From an uncultured delta proteobacterium (GTDB lineage Bacteria > Desulfobacterota > Desulfobacteria > Desulfobacterales > QNYZ01): 64,000 nt of DNA. The stretch is from contig CAWJQU010000005.1 in the NCBI GenBank assembly GCA_963845145.1, positions 1,184,001 to 1,248,000 of the forward strand, written 5' to 3'. Positions 9,410-19,162 of the stretch are shown here, in pieces; position 1 is the stretch's first letter, and each line of letters opens with the position of its first letter. The position numbers were made by a program, and so were the translations under genes. The notes below the pieces were generated by a model. That model saw only the letters and a program-made list of their open reading frames with translations. It ran no database searches and was not told where the DNA came from.

Positions 9410-10410
9410 AAATTAAAGAGATCGGCGAGTTCGGTTTTATCGACAGAATCCGCAACGGGTGCCTCATTCGTCCCGACGGCGTAGTCCAGGCCATCGGGGA
9501 CGATGCGGCCGCCTTTCAAATGCCGGTGGACAAACTCACCTTGGTAACCACCGACCTTCTGGTGGAAAGGGTGCACTTCCTACGGGACGCCACGACCGGA
9601 TTTAATTTGGGTTACAAGGCCCTGGCCGTCAATTTAAGTGACATCGCTGCCATGGGGGGCGAGGCCCGGGAAGCGTTCATCAGTATTGCCGTACCCGGCG
9701 ATTGTGATTTGGCTTTCCTGGAGGATATGTATCGGGGAATACGTCATCTCGCCAAACAACATCAGGTCAATTTGCTCGGCGGCGATACCACCCGATCAAC
9801 AACCGACCTGGTCATCAACATCGGGGTTGTGGGGAGTGTGCCCGCGAAACAGATGCTAACCCGCGATGCAGCCAAACCGGGCGATCGTATTTTTACAACC
9901 GGTTATTTGGGGGATAGTCGGGCCGGACTGCACATACTTCTCAATGGTATCGATGCTGAAAACCCATCTTATCAAGCCCTTCTGGAAGCTCACCTGCGGC
10001 CATACCCTTATCTGGAAGAGGGGCGGTTTTTAGCGGCTCATCCCGGCGTGCATGCCGCCATCGATGTGAGCGACGGCACCCTGTCCGATTTGGGGCATAT
10101 CCTTGGGGCCAGTCGCGTTGGAGGCCGGTTGTGGTCTACACAGATTCCCTTCTCCTCACCGTTGGAACAATTCGCCGCCGATTTCGGTTTTGATGCCGTG
10201 GACTATGCCCTTGTCGGTGGCGAAGATTACACCCTGGTGGTGACCGTTGCGGCCGATCAGGCCCAAAACATCCAACAGATGTATGCAAAACAATTTGATA
10301 AGCCTCTTTTTGAAATCGGCGAGATAACCGACAGCACCGGTTTGGCGCTGGTGGACGCGGTCGGTGGGGTCAAATCGGTAAAGTCTGAAGGGTGGGACCA
10401 TTTTAAATAG
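9406..10410 (+). CDS. thiL: Thiamine-monophosphate kinase
   Basis: GEFGFI, IGDDAA, NLSDIAAMG, GGDT, DVSDG, GGEDY. Confidence 0.95.
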   Translation: MKIKEIGEFGFIDRIRNGCLIRPDGVVQAIGDDAAAFQMPVDKLTLVTTDLLVERVHFLRDATTGFNLGYKALAVNLSDIAAMGGEAREAFISIAVPGDCDLAFLEDMYRGIRHLAKQHQVNLLGGDTTRSTTDLVINIGVVGSVPAKQMLTRDAAKPGDRIFTTGYLGDSRAGLHILLNGIDAENPSYQALLEAHLRPYPYLEEGRFLAAHPGVHAAIDVSDGTLSDLGHILGASRVGGRLWSTQIPFSSPLEQFAADFGFDAVDYALVGGEDYTLVVTVAADQAQNIQQMYAKQFDKPLFEIGEITDSTGLALVDAVGGVKSVKSEGWDHFK

Positions 10411-10420
10411 GAAAAAACCA

Positions 10421-11290
10421 ATGAACGCCAAATCATCAGCATTAAAAAGGAAAGAGTCCAGCTTAAAGAGGAAAAAGCCCAGGAAAACCTATCGTCGGGT
10501 ATTAACCATCGCCGGATCCGATAGTGGTGGCGGGGCCGGAATTCAAGCGGATTTGAAAACCTTTGCAGCCAATTCGTGTTACGGCTTTTCGGTGCTCACC
10601 GCGCTGACGGCTCAAAATACGCAAGGCGTAACGGCGATCCATGCGGTGCCGGTTGAATTCGTCGATGCCCAACTGGATGCCGTTTTGACCGATATCGGTA
10701 CGGACGCCATTAAGATAGGGATGCTCTTTTCAGCGCCCTTGATTGAAACAGTGGCCCGCCAACTGAGGAAGAAAACGGCATATAATATTGTCCTGGACCC
10801 CGTTATGGTGGCCCAAAGCGGGGATAAACTGCTACAAGACGACGCCATTGAGGCCATCAAAAAACACCTGATCCCCATGGCCGACGTGATTACCCCCAAT
10901 CTGCCCGAAGCGGAAGTTTTGTGGGGAAAGAAGATCGATAGCCCCGCGCATATGGCCGAGGCCGCCCGTGACCTGGCGCGTCTTGGATGCCGGGCGGTGC
11001 TGGTCAAGGGGGGACATCTGACAGACAATGTCAGCACCGATTATCTTTACCTCAAATCCAGCGACAGGGTTATTGAACTGTCCGGTGAACCGGTGGTAAC
11101 GACCAACAACCACGGCACTGGTTGCACCCTCTCCTCTGCCATTGCCGCCCAATTGGCCCATGGACATGACATTCAAACTGCTGTTGAAAAAGCCAAACAA
11201 TACATTACCGGTGCCATAAAAAACGGTGCCGATTACGTTTTGGGAAAAGGCCATGGCCCCGTGCATCACTTTTATCGTTACTGGGCCTGA
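10421..11290 (+). CDS. thiD: HMP/HMP-P kinase
   Basis: TIAGSDSGGGAGIQADLK, TPNLPEA, HGTGCT. Confidence 0.95.
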   Translation: MNAKSSALKRKESSLKRKKPRKTYRRVLTIAGSDSGGGAGIQADLKTFAANSCYGFSVLTALTAQNTQGVTAIHAVPVEFVDAQLDAVLTDIGTDAIKIGMLFSAPLIETVARQLRKKTAYNIVLDPVMVAQSGDKLLQDDAIEAIKKHLIPMADVITPNLPEAEVLWGKKIDSPAHMAEAARDLARLGCRAVLVKGGHLTDNVSTDYLYLKSSDRVIELSGEPVVTTNNHGTGCTLSSAIAAQLAHGHDIQTAVEKAKQYITGAIKNGADYVLGKGHGPVHHFYRYWA

Positions 11291-11296
11291 TCGGTT

Positions 11297-12121
11297 ATGG
11301 TGATTCCCCTCGACCAAAGGGCCGACACATCCAAAATATCCTCATCTTTAGAGCGGATAACCTCTTTAGATCAACCAACGGCAGCCACCGCACCGGAAAT
11401 TTGCCTGAAGAAGGTCGGCTTTGAATACGCTGGCAAGCCATTGTTCAAGGACTTTAACTTCACCGTTACCGCCGGACAATGGACATGTTTGTTAGGCCCC
11501 AGCGGATGCGGAAAATCAACTCTGCTGGACCTGATATCAGGCGGTTTGAAGCATAAGATCGCGGGGCAGGTTCAATTTGGCGGACACACTCGCCCCCAGG
11601 GCCAAATTGCCTGGATGGCGCAAAAGGATTTGCTGCTCCCCTGGCTGACAGTTATGGATAACGTCTTGTTGGGGGCGCGCTTGCGCCATACTTTGGATCG
11701 CAAACAACGGCAACAGGCCTTAGGTCTATTGCAAAAGGTAGGTCTTGGCGATAACGGCGAAGACTACCCGGATTCACTATCCGGCGGCATGCGTCAGCGG
11801 GTGGCCTTGCTGCGTACGTTTATGGAGGGGCGTCAGATTATTTTAATGGATGAGCCTTTTTCCGCTCTGGATGCGCTGACCCGCCTTAAACTCCAGCGTC
11901 TGGCCGCTCAATTACTTCAGGGGGCGACGGTGCTGCTGGTGACCCATGATCCCTGGGAAGCGCTACGACTGGGGCACCGCATTTTTATTATGCAAGGATG
12001 TCCGGTTCGCTTGAGCCGTGCTTTTGTGCCTCCAGGCGACCCACCCCGCCCACCCGGCCAGGAAAAAAGTGCCTCCATGTACCAGGCGTTGCTGGCCCAA
12101 TTGGAAGATAAGGAGATTTAA
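11297..12121 (+). CDS. ABC transporter ATPase (ThiZ-like, HMP/FAMP uptake)
   Basis: GPSGCGKS, LSGGMRQR, MDEPFSALD; thi operon context. Confidence 0.85.
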   Translation: MVIPLDQRADTSKISSSLERITSLDQPTAATAPEICLKKVGFEYAGKPLFKDFNFTVTAGQWTCLLGPSGCGKSTLLDLISGGLKHKIAGQVQFGGHTRPQGQIAWMAQKDLLLPWLTVMDNVLLGARLRHTLDRKQRQQALGLLQKVGLGDNGEDYPDSLSGGMRQRVALLRTFMEGRQIILMDEPFSALDALTRLKLQRLAAQLLQGATVLLVTHDPWEALRLGHRIFIMQGCPVRLSRAFVPPGDPPRPPGQEKSASMYQALLAQLEDKEI

Positions 12122-12858
12122 TGCCCGCTGTGCGAATCAGCCTCATCGGGATGGGCTTGATTGTTTTTTGGCAGGTCATTGTTTGGGTGACGGCTGTGCC
12201 CCCTTACATTCTGCCGCCGCCCCTGTCTGTCGCAAAGGCGGTGGTGGGAAATGGGCCGGAATTGTTACGACATGCCGGTGTCACCCTGATTGAGATATTG
12301 GCGGGACTGGTAATTGGGACCATGCTTGGCGCCATTAGTGCACTGCTATTGTTAATCTCCCGCAACATTAAGCAGTGGCTGATGCCCGTGTTGGTTATCA
12401 GCCAGGCCATTCCGGTTTTCGCATTGGCCCCACTGTTGGTTTTGTGGTTGGGCTATGGGTTGGGTTCCAAAATTGCGATGGCCGTTTTGATTATATTTTT
12501 TCCCATAACCGCAACCTTTTATGATGGGTTGCGCCGCACCGAGCGTCAATGGCTGGCGTTGGCCCGGGTGATGGATGCTCCGTCACGGGCGGTCTTGTTT
12601 CAAATTCAAATCCCCGCGGCGCTGCCGACCCTGGCTTCCGGATTACGGGTGGCCACAGCGGTGGCACCCATTGGTGCGGTGGTGGGTGAATGGGTCGGCT
12701 CCAGTGCCGGCCTGGGTTACTACATGTTGCATGCCAATGCCCGGATGCAGATCGATACGATGTTCGCCGCTTTGGTGGTTTTGGCGGCTTTGGCGTTGGT
12801 CCTCTATTTTGTGGTGGATGTTGGTTTGCAGAGACTGATCTTCTGGCCATCAAATTAA
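12121..12858 (+). CDS. ABC transporter permease (ThiX-like)
   Basis: SsuC/NitT-type permease, GAVVGEWVG. Confidence 0.85.
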   Translation: MPAVRISLIGMGLIVFWQVIVWVTAVPPYILPPPLSVAKAVVGNGPELLRHAGVTLIEILAGLVIGTMLGAISALLLLISRNIKQWLMPVLVISQAIPVFALAPLLVLWLGYGLGSKIAMAVLIIFFPITATFYDGLRRTERQWLALARVMDAPSRAVLFQIQIPAALPTLASGLRVATAVAPIGAVVGEWVGSSAGLGYYMLHANARMQIDTMFAALVVLAALALVLYFVVDVGLQRLIFWPSN

Positions 12859-12870
12859 AAAGGAGATATT

Positions 12871-13824
12871 ATGAAAAAAGCCATAACCGTTTTATTCGTC
12901 TGTTTCACCCTGTTTTGGGTTGCCGCTCCGGCCTCGGCCGCCAAGCTTACCGAACTAAATGTCATGTTGGATTGGTTCGTCAATCCGGATCATGGTCCCC
13001 TATTCGTCGCCCTGGAAAAGGGGTTTTTTGAAGATCGTGGCCTGAAAGTCAAATTCACTGCCCCTGCCAATCCTAATGACCCGCCTAAATTGGTGGCGGC
13101 CGGAAAATTTGATCTGGCGGTTTCCTACCAGCACCAGCACCACCTGCAAGTGGATCAGGGATTGCCCCTGGTGCGCGTGGCCACGCTGATCGCAACGCCT
13201 CTGAATGCCTTGGTGGTTTTGGATGACGGTCCGATACAATCCCTTTCTGACTTGAAGGGGAAAACCATCGGCTATTCCATCGGCGGTTTTGAGACTGTAT
13301 TGTTGAAGGTGATGCTGGCCAAACAGGGGTTGACGTTAAAAGACGTAAAGCTGGTAAACGTCAATTTTTCGTTATCGCCGTCACTGTTTACGGGCCAGGT
13401 CCACGCCGTGATTGGGGCCTTTCGCAATTTCGAATTGAACCAGATGGAAATCGCCAAAAAGCCCGGTCGTGCGTTTTTCGTTGAAGAACACGGCATTCCG
13501 CCTTACGATGAGTTGATCCTGGTTGCCCATCGCAACCGGATTAAGGATAGCGCTATAAAACATTTTGTGGACGCGCTTGAAGCCGGGGTCCAATTTATGG
13601 TCAACCATCCCGATAAAGCATGGCAACTGTTTATCCGGGGACGAAAAGATCTTGATGACGAGCTCAATCGCCGGGCCTGGAAGGATACATTGTCTCGTTT
13701 TGCCCTGCGGCCGGGCGCGTTGGACCACAATCGCTACTTGCGCTTTTCCCACTTCTTGAAAGACAATGGGATGATTGATCGGGTTTTACCTGTGGCAAGC
13801 TTGGCCGTCGAGTTAGTGGAATAG
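12871..13824 (+). CDS. NMT1/THI5-family substrate-binding protein (ThiY-like)
   Basis: Signal peptide; LDWFVNPDH, RNFE motifs. Confidence 0.88.
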   Translation: MKKAITVLFVCFTLFWVAAPASAAKLTELNVMLDWFVNPDHGPLFVALEKGFFEDRGLKVKFTAPANPNDPPKLVAAGKFDLAVSYQHQHHLQVDQGLPLVRVATLIATPLNALVVLDDGPIQSLSDLKGKTIGYSIGGFETVLLKVMLAKQGLTLKDVKLVNVNFSLSPSLFTGQVHAVIGAFRNFELNQMEIAKKPGRAFFVEEHGIPPYDELILVAHRNRIKDSAIKHFVDALEAGVQFMVNHPDKAWQLFIRGRKDLDDELNRRAWKDTLSRFALRPGALDHNRYLRFSHFLKDNGMIDRVLPVASLAVELVE

Positions 13825-13846
13825 TGGATATAGCCGGAGTATTTAG

Positions 13847-14353
13847 ATGGGTACCAAAACGATCGTTATTGGGGTTGGCCTTGTCGTGGCCGCAATCATG
13901 GCTTTTTTCTTGTTTTCTTCAAGTGAAGAGGATCGAATAAAAGTACCGTTCAAACGAATCGCGGAGACCATCAGCAAAAAACCAGACGAAAACCAGATTA
14001 GCGCCATGGCCAAGATCAGACGATTAAAGGATGTATTTGCCCCGAGGTGCCGGGTGGATGCGCCGGTTTATGGATTAGACCAAGAGATGGCCTTCGACGA
14101 GATTGCCGCATTTATGTTTCGAGAGCGTTCTCAGTATAGGCAAATCACGCTGAAGTTTCATCGTTTTACCATTAAATTTCCGAATGAGAATCAAGCCGTG
14201 GTAAATGTCACGGTCGGTTTTGCGGGCGAATCGACGGCTGGAGTTATGACCGAGGATTACCATGTGTTGATGTGTAATCTGATTAAACCGAACGATACCT
14301 GGCAATTAAAACAAATCAACGTTGTGGAAGTGCTCGAAACTTCAGGCAATTAA
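13847..14353 (+). CDS. Membrane-anchored hypothetical protein (possibly NTF2-like fold)
   Basis: N-terminal TM anchor, SEEDRI motif, beta-rich C-terminus; GGAG RBS. Confidence 0.6.
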   Translation: MGTKTIVIGVGLVVAAIMAFFLFSSSEEDRIKVPFKRIAETISKKPDENQISAMAKIRRLKDVFAPRCRVDAPVYGLDQEMAFDEIAAFMFRERSQYRQITLKFHRFTIKFPNENQAVVNVTVGFAGESTAGVMTEDYHVLMCNLIKPNDTWQLKQINVVEVLETSGN

Positions 14354-14379
14354 TTTCATAGCAAATTGATTCATGACGA

Positions 14380-14408
14380 TTGACACATCGGGGGCCTGGT
14401 GATATCTT
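14380..14408 (+). promoter_or_regulatory. Putative sigma-70 promoter
   Basis: TTGACA-17 nt-TATCTT with an extended-10 TG. Confidence 0.5.
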
Positions 14409-14452
14409 TTCATTCAGCGTTCATTACGGACGGATACCGTTTGGAGAAAAAG

Positions 14453-14866
14453 ATGGCCGATGTCATCCCCATAGATAATCGGCTGCAGTTGGCCGAAAAT
14501 AAAAAAAAGGAAATCATTCGAAAGCGCAAGGTGTTGGCTGTTCGGAAGATTTTCCAGTGTTCGCGATGTGCCTTCAAGTGCGATAAATGCGGCACCCAGA
14601 TGAGTGACGCCCAGCTAAAAAAGGCTGACCAACACCCGACCCCCGACGTTCCCTATCGTTTTTGCGAAAGCTGTGTGGAAGAATATAACGATTACATGGA
14701 GCGGCAAAACGGCGGCGGTGATGTCGCGTATTACTGGCATAACGACGCTTGGTCAGATGAGTGGCGCCTTTGGATTGACCACCAGAAAGCGGTAGATCGG
14801 TATTTAAAATCCAGGGAGTTTAACCAACTCCTCGATGAAATTAGACAAATCCATCCGGAAGGGTAG
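14453..14866 (+). CDS. Cys-rich hypothetical protein (putative Zn-binding)
   Basis: [11 protein letters not shown]...CESC; GGAGA RBS before MADVIP. Confidence 0.7.
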   Translation: MADVIPIDNRLQLAENKKKEIIRKRKVLAVRKIFQCSRCAFKCDKCGTQMSDAQLKKADQHPTPDVPYRFCESCVEEYNDYMERQNGGGDVAYYWHNDAWSDEWRLWIDHQKAVDRYLKSREFNQLLDEIRQIHPEG

Positions 14867-14874
14867 GAGGATCC

Positions 14875-15063
14875 ATGTTTGGACTTGGACCAACGGAATT
14901 AATCATTATCCTTGTAATTATTCTGATCATTTTTGGTGCCGGTAAACTGCCTGAAATCGGCGGTGGTATGGGCAAAGCGATCCGAAATTTTAAAAAAGGC
15001 GTGTCGGATCCCGATAAAAAACCCACCGATCCGGAACAAATTGATAAACAGGATAGTGCCTAA
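14875..15063 (+). CDS. tatA: Twin-arginine translocase subunit TatA/E
   Basis: [29 protein letters not shown]. Confidence 0.93.
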   Translation: MFGLGPTELIIILVIILIIFGAGKLPEIGGGMGKAIRNFKKGVSDPDKKPTDPEQIDKQDSA

Positions 15064-15132
15064 CCGAAGTTTGATACGTTGCCGGGTCGCATGGTTAACG
15101 CTTGGGGTGGCTTCGGGGGATGGTCTTGCCGA

Positions 15133-15213
15133 CCTGGATCACCCGGTCCGGAGCACCCGATCTGGATCAACCGACCTAGATTACCCGACTTAGATCACCC
15201 AATCTGGTTCAAC
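15133..15213. repeat. Degenerate 14-bp tandem repeat (5-6 copies)
   Basis: cctggatcacccgg/tccggagcacccga/tctggatcaaccga/cctagattacccga/cttagatcacccaa/tctggttcaac. Confidence 0.75.
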
Positions 15214-16641
15214 AGGGGATGTTAAATTCAGCCTTCAGATACGTTTCTAAATTACCGAGTACCTTTATCTGATTTTCGTTCAATTCTCTTTCTTCCCTTA
15301 TAGCATCGATCTCTTTCAGTGCACCCAATGGTGTCAGGCGTTTTTGGCCCCGATAATCGACCGGCGCATTTTCCGCTTGCTTTGGATGAATACGGTTTAA
15401 ATATTGATTAAACCGGCTGTGCCATTTTCCTGAAACCCCTTTGGGAAAATTTCGGGCCATTATACGACCGGCCAATTCCCGATGGGTGGGGGTGGTCAAC
15501 TTTTCGGCCAGACGTCCCTTTGCCTTAATGTCGGCAGCATGAAATTGTCGGCAGATCTCTTCATCCTTTTTCGACATAAAGCCGATCTCGTATAGCGCGG
15601 CATCGGCATCGACATCCGGTACCACGGGATAACGATATTCCCGATGGTAACGAATGATATCGATCATCGTGTCTTCATGGGCCAGAAGCCATTCTTTATT
15701 TTCCTCAACCAGCGACCGGCGGGTATCGTCAAGTCTGTGCCAATACCGCTCAAGGGGTGGCAGAACCAGTCCCGGTTCTCCCAGTTTTTTACGGACCACC
15801 CAGGTGGTTTCGTCATAGGCGCCGGCTTGGGTTTCCCGAAGTTCGGGCCGGTCAAGCCGCAGCCAGAGAGTTTGATTGGCATAAGGGGTTGACTGGCCGA
15901 TGGAGATAACCGGTGCGAAAAACAGTGCCCCGGAACCGAATTCGCCAGCTACCATCAAGCCCAGCCGATGGGGTCCGGCCGAAGTTTGAAACGCGACCGG
16001 CAAGGCATCGATCCGTTCTTGATCCACGGATTTATCAAAGTATCCGGTGACGTAGTGCCACATCTCTTCCTCTTTGGCCAACTGTTGCGCGAGGGACAGA
16101 CTGGCCATGGTGTCCACCATGGCATCGTGGGCCGGACCCTTGGGATAAATCATTGAGCGCACTTAAATCTTCCAGCTTGAGAGATGGCTTATCATTTTTT
16201 TTCGGCCATCTGAGCACATCGGGTTTAAACAGATAATAGAGGATGGTGGCAGGAAATAGATCCATGCGGACGACATCCCTGATGAAATTGATGGGTGTAG
16301 GGCGGCAACAGGTTACGGTAAAAGGAAAACCGCAAAAATTCATCATCGAATCCAAGCGTGTTGTATCCAAGGCTGATGGTTCCCGGACGATTGAGCAAAC
16401 GATGGATTTCGGTGATGGCTTCCAGTTCCGGTAGGCCGCCATCGACTGCGGTAAAATCAATGCCATGGACAATCATGGCCTCGGGGGATGGAATCACATC
16501 TCGTCGCAGGGAAACATTGATGGAATGACGTTCCAGTTCATTAAACGCCAAATCCGTGCGGATAGAGGAAAACTGAAGCACCTGGTCAAAGGCGCGATTT
16601 AAGCCTGTGGTTTCGAGATCGTAGAATAGGTAGGTGTTCAT
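15209..16641 (-). pseudogene. sbcB: Exodeoxyribonuclease I, split by two frameshifts (~16268, ~16138; possibly sequencing error)
   Basis: YDLETTG, GYNTLGFDDEF, SLKLEDL and AHDAMVD fall in three consecutive frames. Confidence 0.8.
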
Positions 16642-16857
16642 ATCCGTTTGCCGGTTAGCCCGTTAGTTGGTTAGCCTGTCTGCCGGTGATGCCGCGGATG
16701 GGTTTCCGAGCAGACGCGTTTAATTAAGATGCATTCAACCTTCATGATTTTTACTTTATGGGACCTGGAGGACGAAGTCAAAAGGCTTTAGCCGGTTGGT
16801 CTCTTTGCGGTTTCCTTGCTAAAGATCAGTAAACCGGCCAACCGGCTGACCGACTCG

Positions 16858-19068
16858 CTAGCCCGCTGGGTCGTCGGCCATCAGACTGTTTTGAATGATA
16901 AAAATCAATCTCAGGGCCGCGAGATCGGTATAGTCGACGTCGCCGGATAGTGCATCAAAGACAGGTTTCAGACGTTGAATGCCCTGGTTTTCAAAAAGAG
17001 CAAGGATGGTTTCGGTTTGTTTTTTGGATAGGGTGTGACGAATCCCATCGGGATTTGATTCCAGGGCGTTGTCCTCGCACCAATATCGAAATAGATGGTC
17101 GAGAACCGTTTTTCGTTTAACGGCGAACATTTCCATCAGCTCAACGACGGAACGGCCGGAATTAAAGGTCTCCCCGACGACCTGATGGCGCTTCTTCTTA
17201 TTCGAATCAGGTGGTTTTCTAACCGGTGTTACCGTTGGTTTGGTTGCCTCGGGAATCGTTCGTTTTTGACAATAGGCCGCAATGGTGTCGATAAACGCCG
17301 GGCCATAGGTGGATAGCTTGGCTGCGCCAACACCGTGGATCTGAATCAATCCGGCCTTGGTTTGGGGATAATAGGCAGCCATTTCCATCAGCGTTTTATC
17401 GGCAAAAACGACATAGGGCGGAACGTTTTCGTTATCGGCGATTTCTTTTCGTTTCACTTTAAGGCGTTCAAACAGATCCCGATCATAGTCGGATATCGTG
17501 CTTTTTTGGACACGGGTGGTATTCGACGTATCGATCTTTTCCTGATTGTCATTTTCCAGCCAGCCCCATACCTTCTTTTTTCCCTTCAACACATCCCAGG
17601 CGTCGGGGCTCAGTTGAAATCCGCCGAACTCCATGTCTTCAACCAGCAAGCCCAGATGGAGAAACTGCCGGGAGAGTGTCAGCCATTGGTTTTTAGATAT
17701 ATCGCGGCCGATGTTATAGGTGGATAGCTGGTCGTGTTGAAACTGAAGAACCCTTTGGTTTTTAGAGCCTCGCAACACATTGATGAGATGGGCGGCCCCA
17801 AAGCGTTCACCGGTGCGGTAAACACATGAGAGAAACTTCTGGGCCAAGACCGTAATGTCCATCTGATCCTTAGCGTCACCCACACAATTATCGCAATAGC
17901 CGCATGTTTCGAAATCAGGCGTTTCACCGAAATATTGCAACAGTGGAACCCGCCGACAACCGCGCCATTCAGCGAACCGTAAAAAGGCGTTTAAATGGAT
18001 ATTGGCAGCGCGACGCTCGTCGGGCGCTTTTTGCCCAATGAAATGTTTGATCTTGTAAACATCGGCATAACTGAAAAGCAGCAGGCAGTCGGCCGGCAGG
18101 CCGTCACGTCCGGCTCGTCCGATTTCCTGATAGTAACTTTCGATATTTTTAGGCATATCAAAATGGATGACGAAACGAACATCGGGTTTGTCGATGCCCA
18201 TACCAAAAGCGATGGTAGCCACAATGATGTGGACATCGTCACGAATGAAACGCTCCTGATTGGTTTTGCGGGTGATGTCCGACAAACCGGCATGGTAAGG
18301 CAGGGCTTTGACCCCATCGGCTTGAAGGGCGGAGGCCAAATCATCGACCTGTTGCCGGGTGGCGCAGTAAATAATGCCGGTCTGGTTGGGAAACTTTCTG
18401 ATCTTTCGCCGAATGCCGGCCATGGTGTCATTTTTGGGAACAATTTGTAAAAAAAGATTTTTCCGATCGAAGCTTCCAATAAATGTATCCGTCTGCCTGA
18501 ATTTCAGGGTGGCCTGAATGTCTGCGCGCACATGCGGCGTCGCTGTGGCGGTGAAGGCCGCACATACTGCCCGTGGAAATTGCTTTCGAATCCGGGCCAA
18601 TTGGCGGTATTCGGGTCGAAAATCATGCCCCCACTCCGAAATGCAATGGGCCTCATCGATGGCGATGCAATCCAGCGGGGTGCCGGCCAACAGATCCATG
18701 GTCCTTTTCATCAGCAGGGTTTCCGGCGCCACGTATAACAACCGCACGGAACCGGACTTGATTTGGGCCACGTTGTGGCGATAGATGTTCGGCTCGAGGG
18801 CGCTGTTTAGCATCACCGCCGGGACGCCTGCACGCTTCATCTGCTCCACCTGATCTTTCATCAGCGCGATCAAGGGCGAGATCACGACGGTGAGGCCGGA
18901 AAAGAGCAAGGCCGGTATTTGATAACAAAGGGATTTCCCGCCGCCGGTGGGCAGGATGACGAGGGTATCCTTTTTGCCAAGAATATTGCCGATGACTTCA
19001 GCCTGGAGCGGTCGAAAATCATCGAATCCAAAAACGTTTTTAAGGATGGTGCGGGCCGGGTCAACCAT
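16858..19068 (-). CDS. recQ: ATP-dependent DNA helicase RecQ
   Basis: PTGGGKS, DEAHC, QEIGRAGRDG, Zn/RQC region, HRDC, C-terminal HTH. Confidence 0.96.
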   Translation of the reverse strand: MVDPARTILKNVFGFDDFRPLQAEVIGNILGKKDTLVILPTGGGKSLCYQIPALLFSGLTVVISPLIALMKDQVEQMKRAGVPAVMLNSALEPNIYRHNVAQIKSGSVRLLYVAPETLLMKRTMDLLAGTPLDCIAIDEAHCISEWGHDFRPEYRQLARIRKQFPRAVCAAFTATATPHVRADIQATLKFRQTDTFIGSFDRKNLFLQIVPKNDTMAGIRRKIRKFPNQTGIIYCATRQQVDDLASALQADGVKALPYHAGLSDITRKTNQERFIRDDVHIIVATIAFGMGIDKPDVRFVIHFDMPKNIESYYQEIGRAGRDGLPADCLLLFSYADVYKIKHFIGQKAPDERRAANIHLNAFLRFAEWRGCRRVPLLQYFGETPDFETCGYCDNCVGDAKDQMDITVLAQKFLSCVYRTGERFGAAHLINVLRGSKNQRVLQFQHDQLSTYNIGRDISKNQWLTLSRQFLHLGLLVEDMEFGGFQLSPDAWDVLKGKKKVWGWLENDNQEKIDTSNTTRVQKSTISDYDRDLFERLKVKRKEIADNENVPPYVVFADKTLMEMAAYYPQTKAGLIQIHGVGAAKLSTYGPAFIDTIAAYCQKRTIPEATKPTVTPVRKPPDSNKKKRHQVVGETFNSGRSVVELMEMFAVKRKTVLDHLFRYWCEDNALESNPDGIRHTLSKKQTETILALFENQGIQRLKPVFDALSGDVDYTDLAALRLIFIIQNSLMADDPAG

Positions 19069-19162
19069 GTCTGGTGTCAGTGTCCTATGAAGATCTGAGA
19101 TATTAAGAGCTTATAAAGGTATTGGGTGATTTCATGCAAATAGTCGCTACCATTACCCGGTT

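Noticed and set aside
10421..10486. Basic duplicated N-terminal extension of ThiD (SSALKRK/SSLKRK)
   Set aside because: Probably a small local duplication or start ambiguity; no functional evidence.
15133..15213. Possible CRISPR array
   Set aside because: Contiguous degenerate 14-mers with no spacers, and no cas genes in the window.
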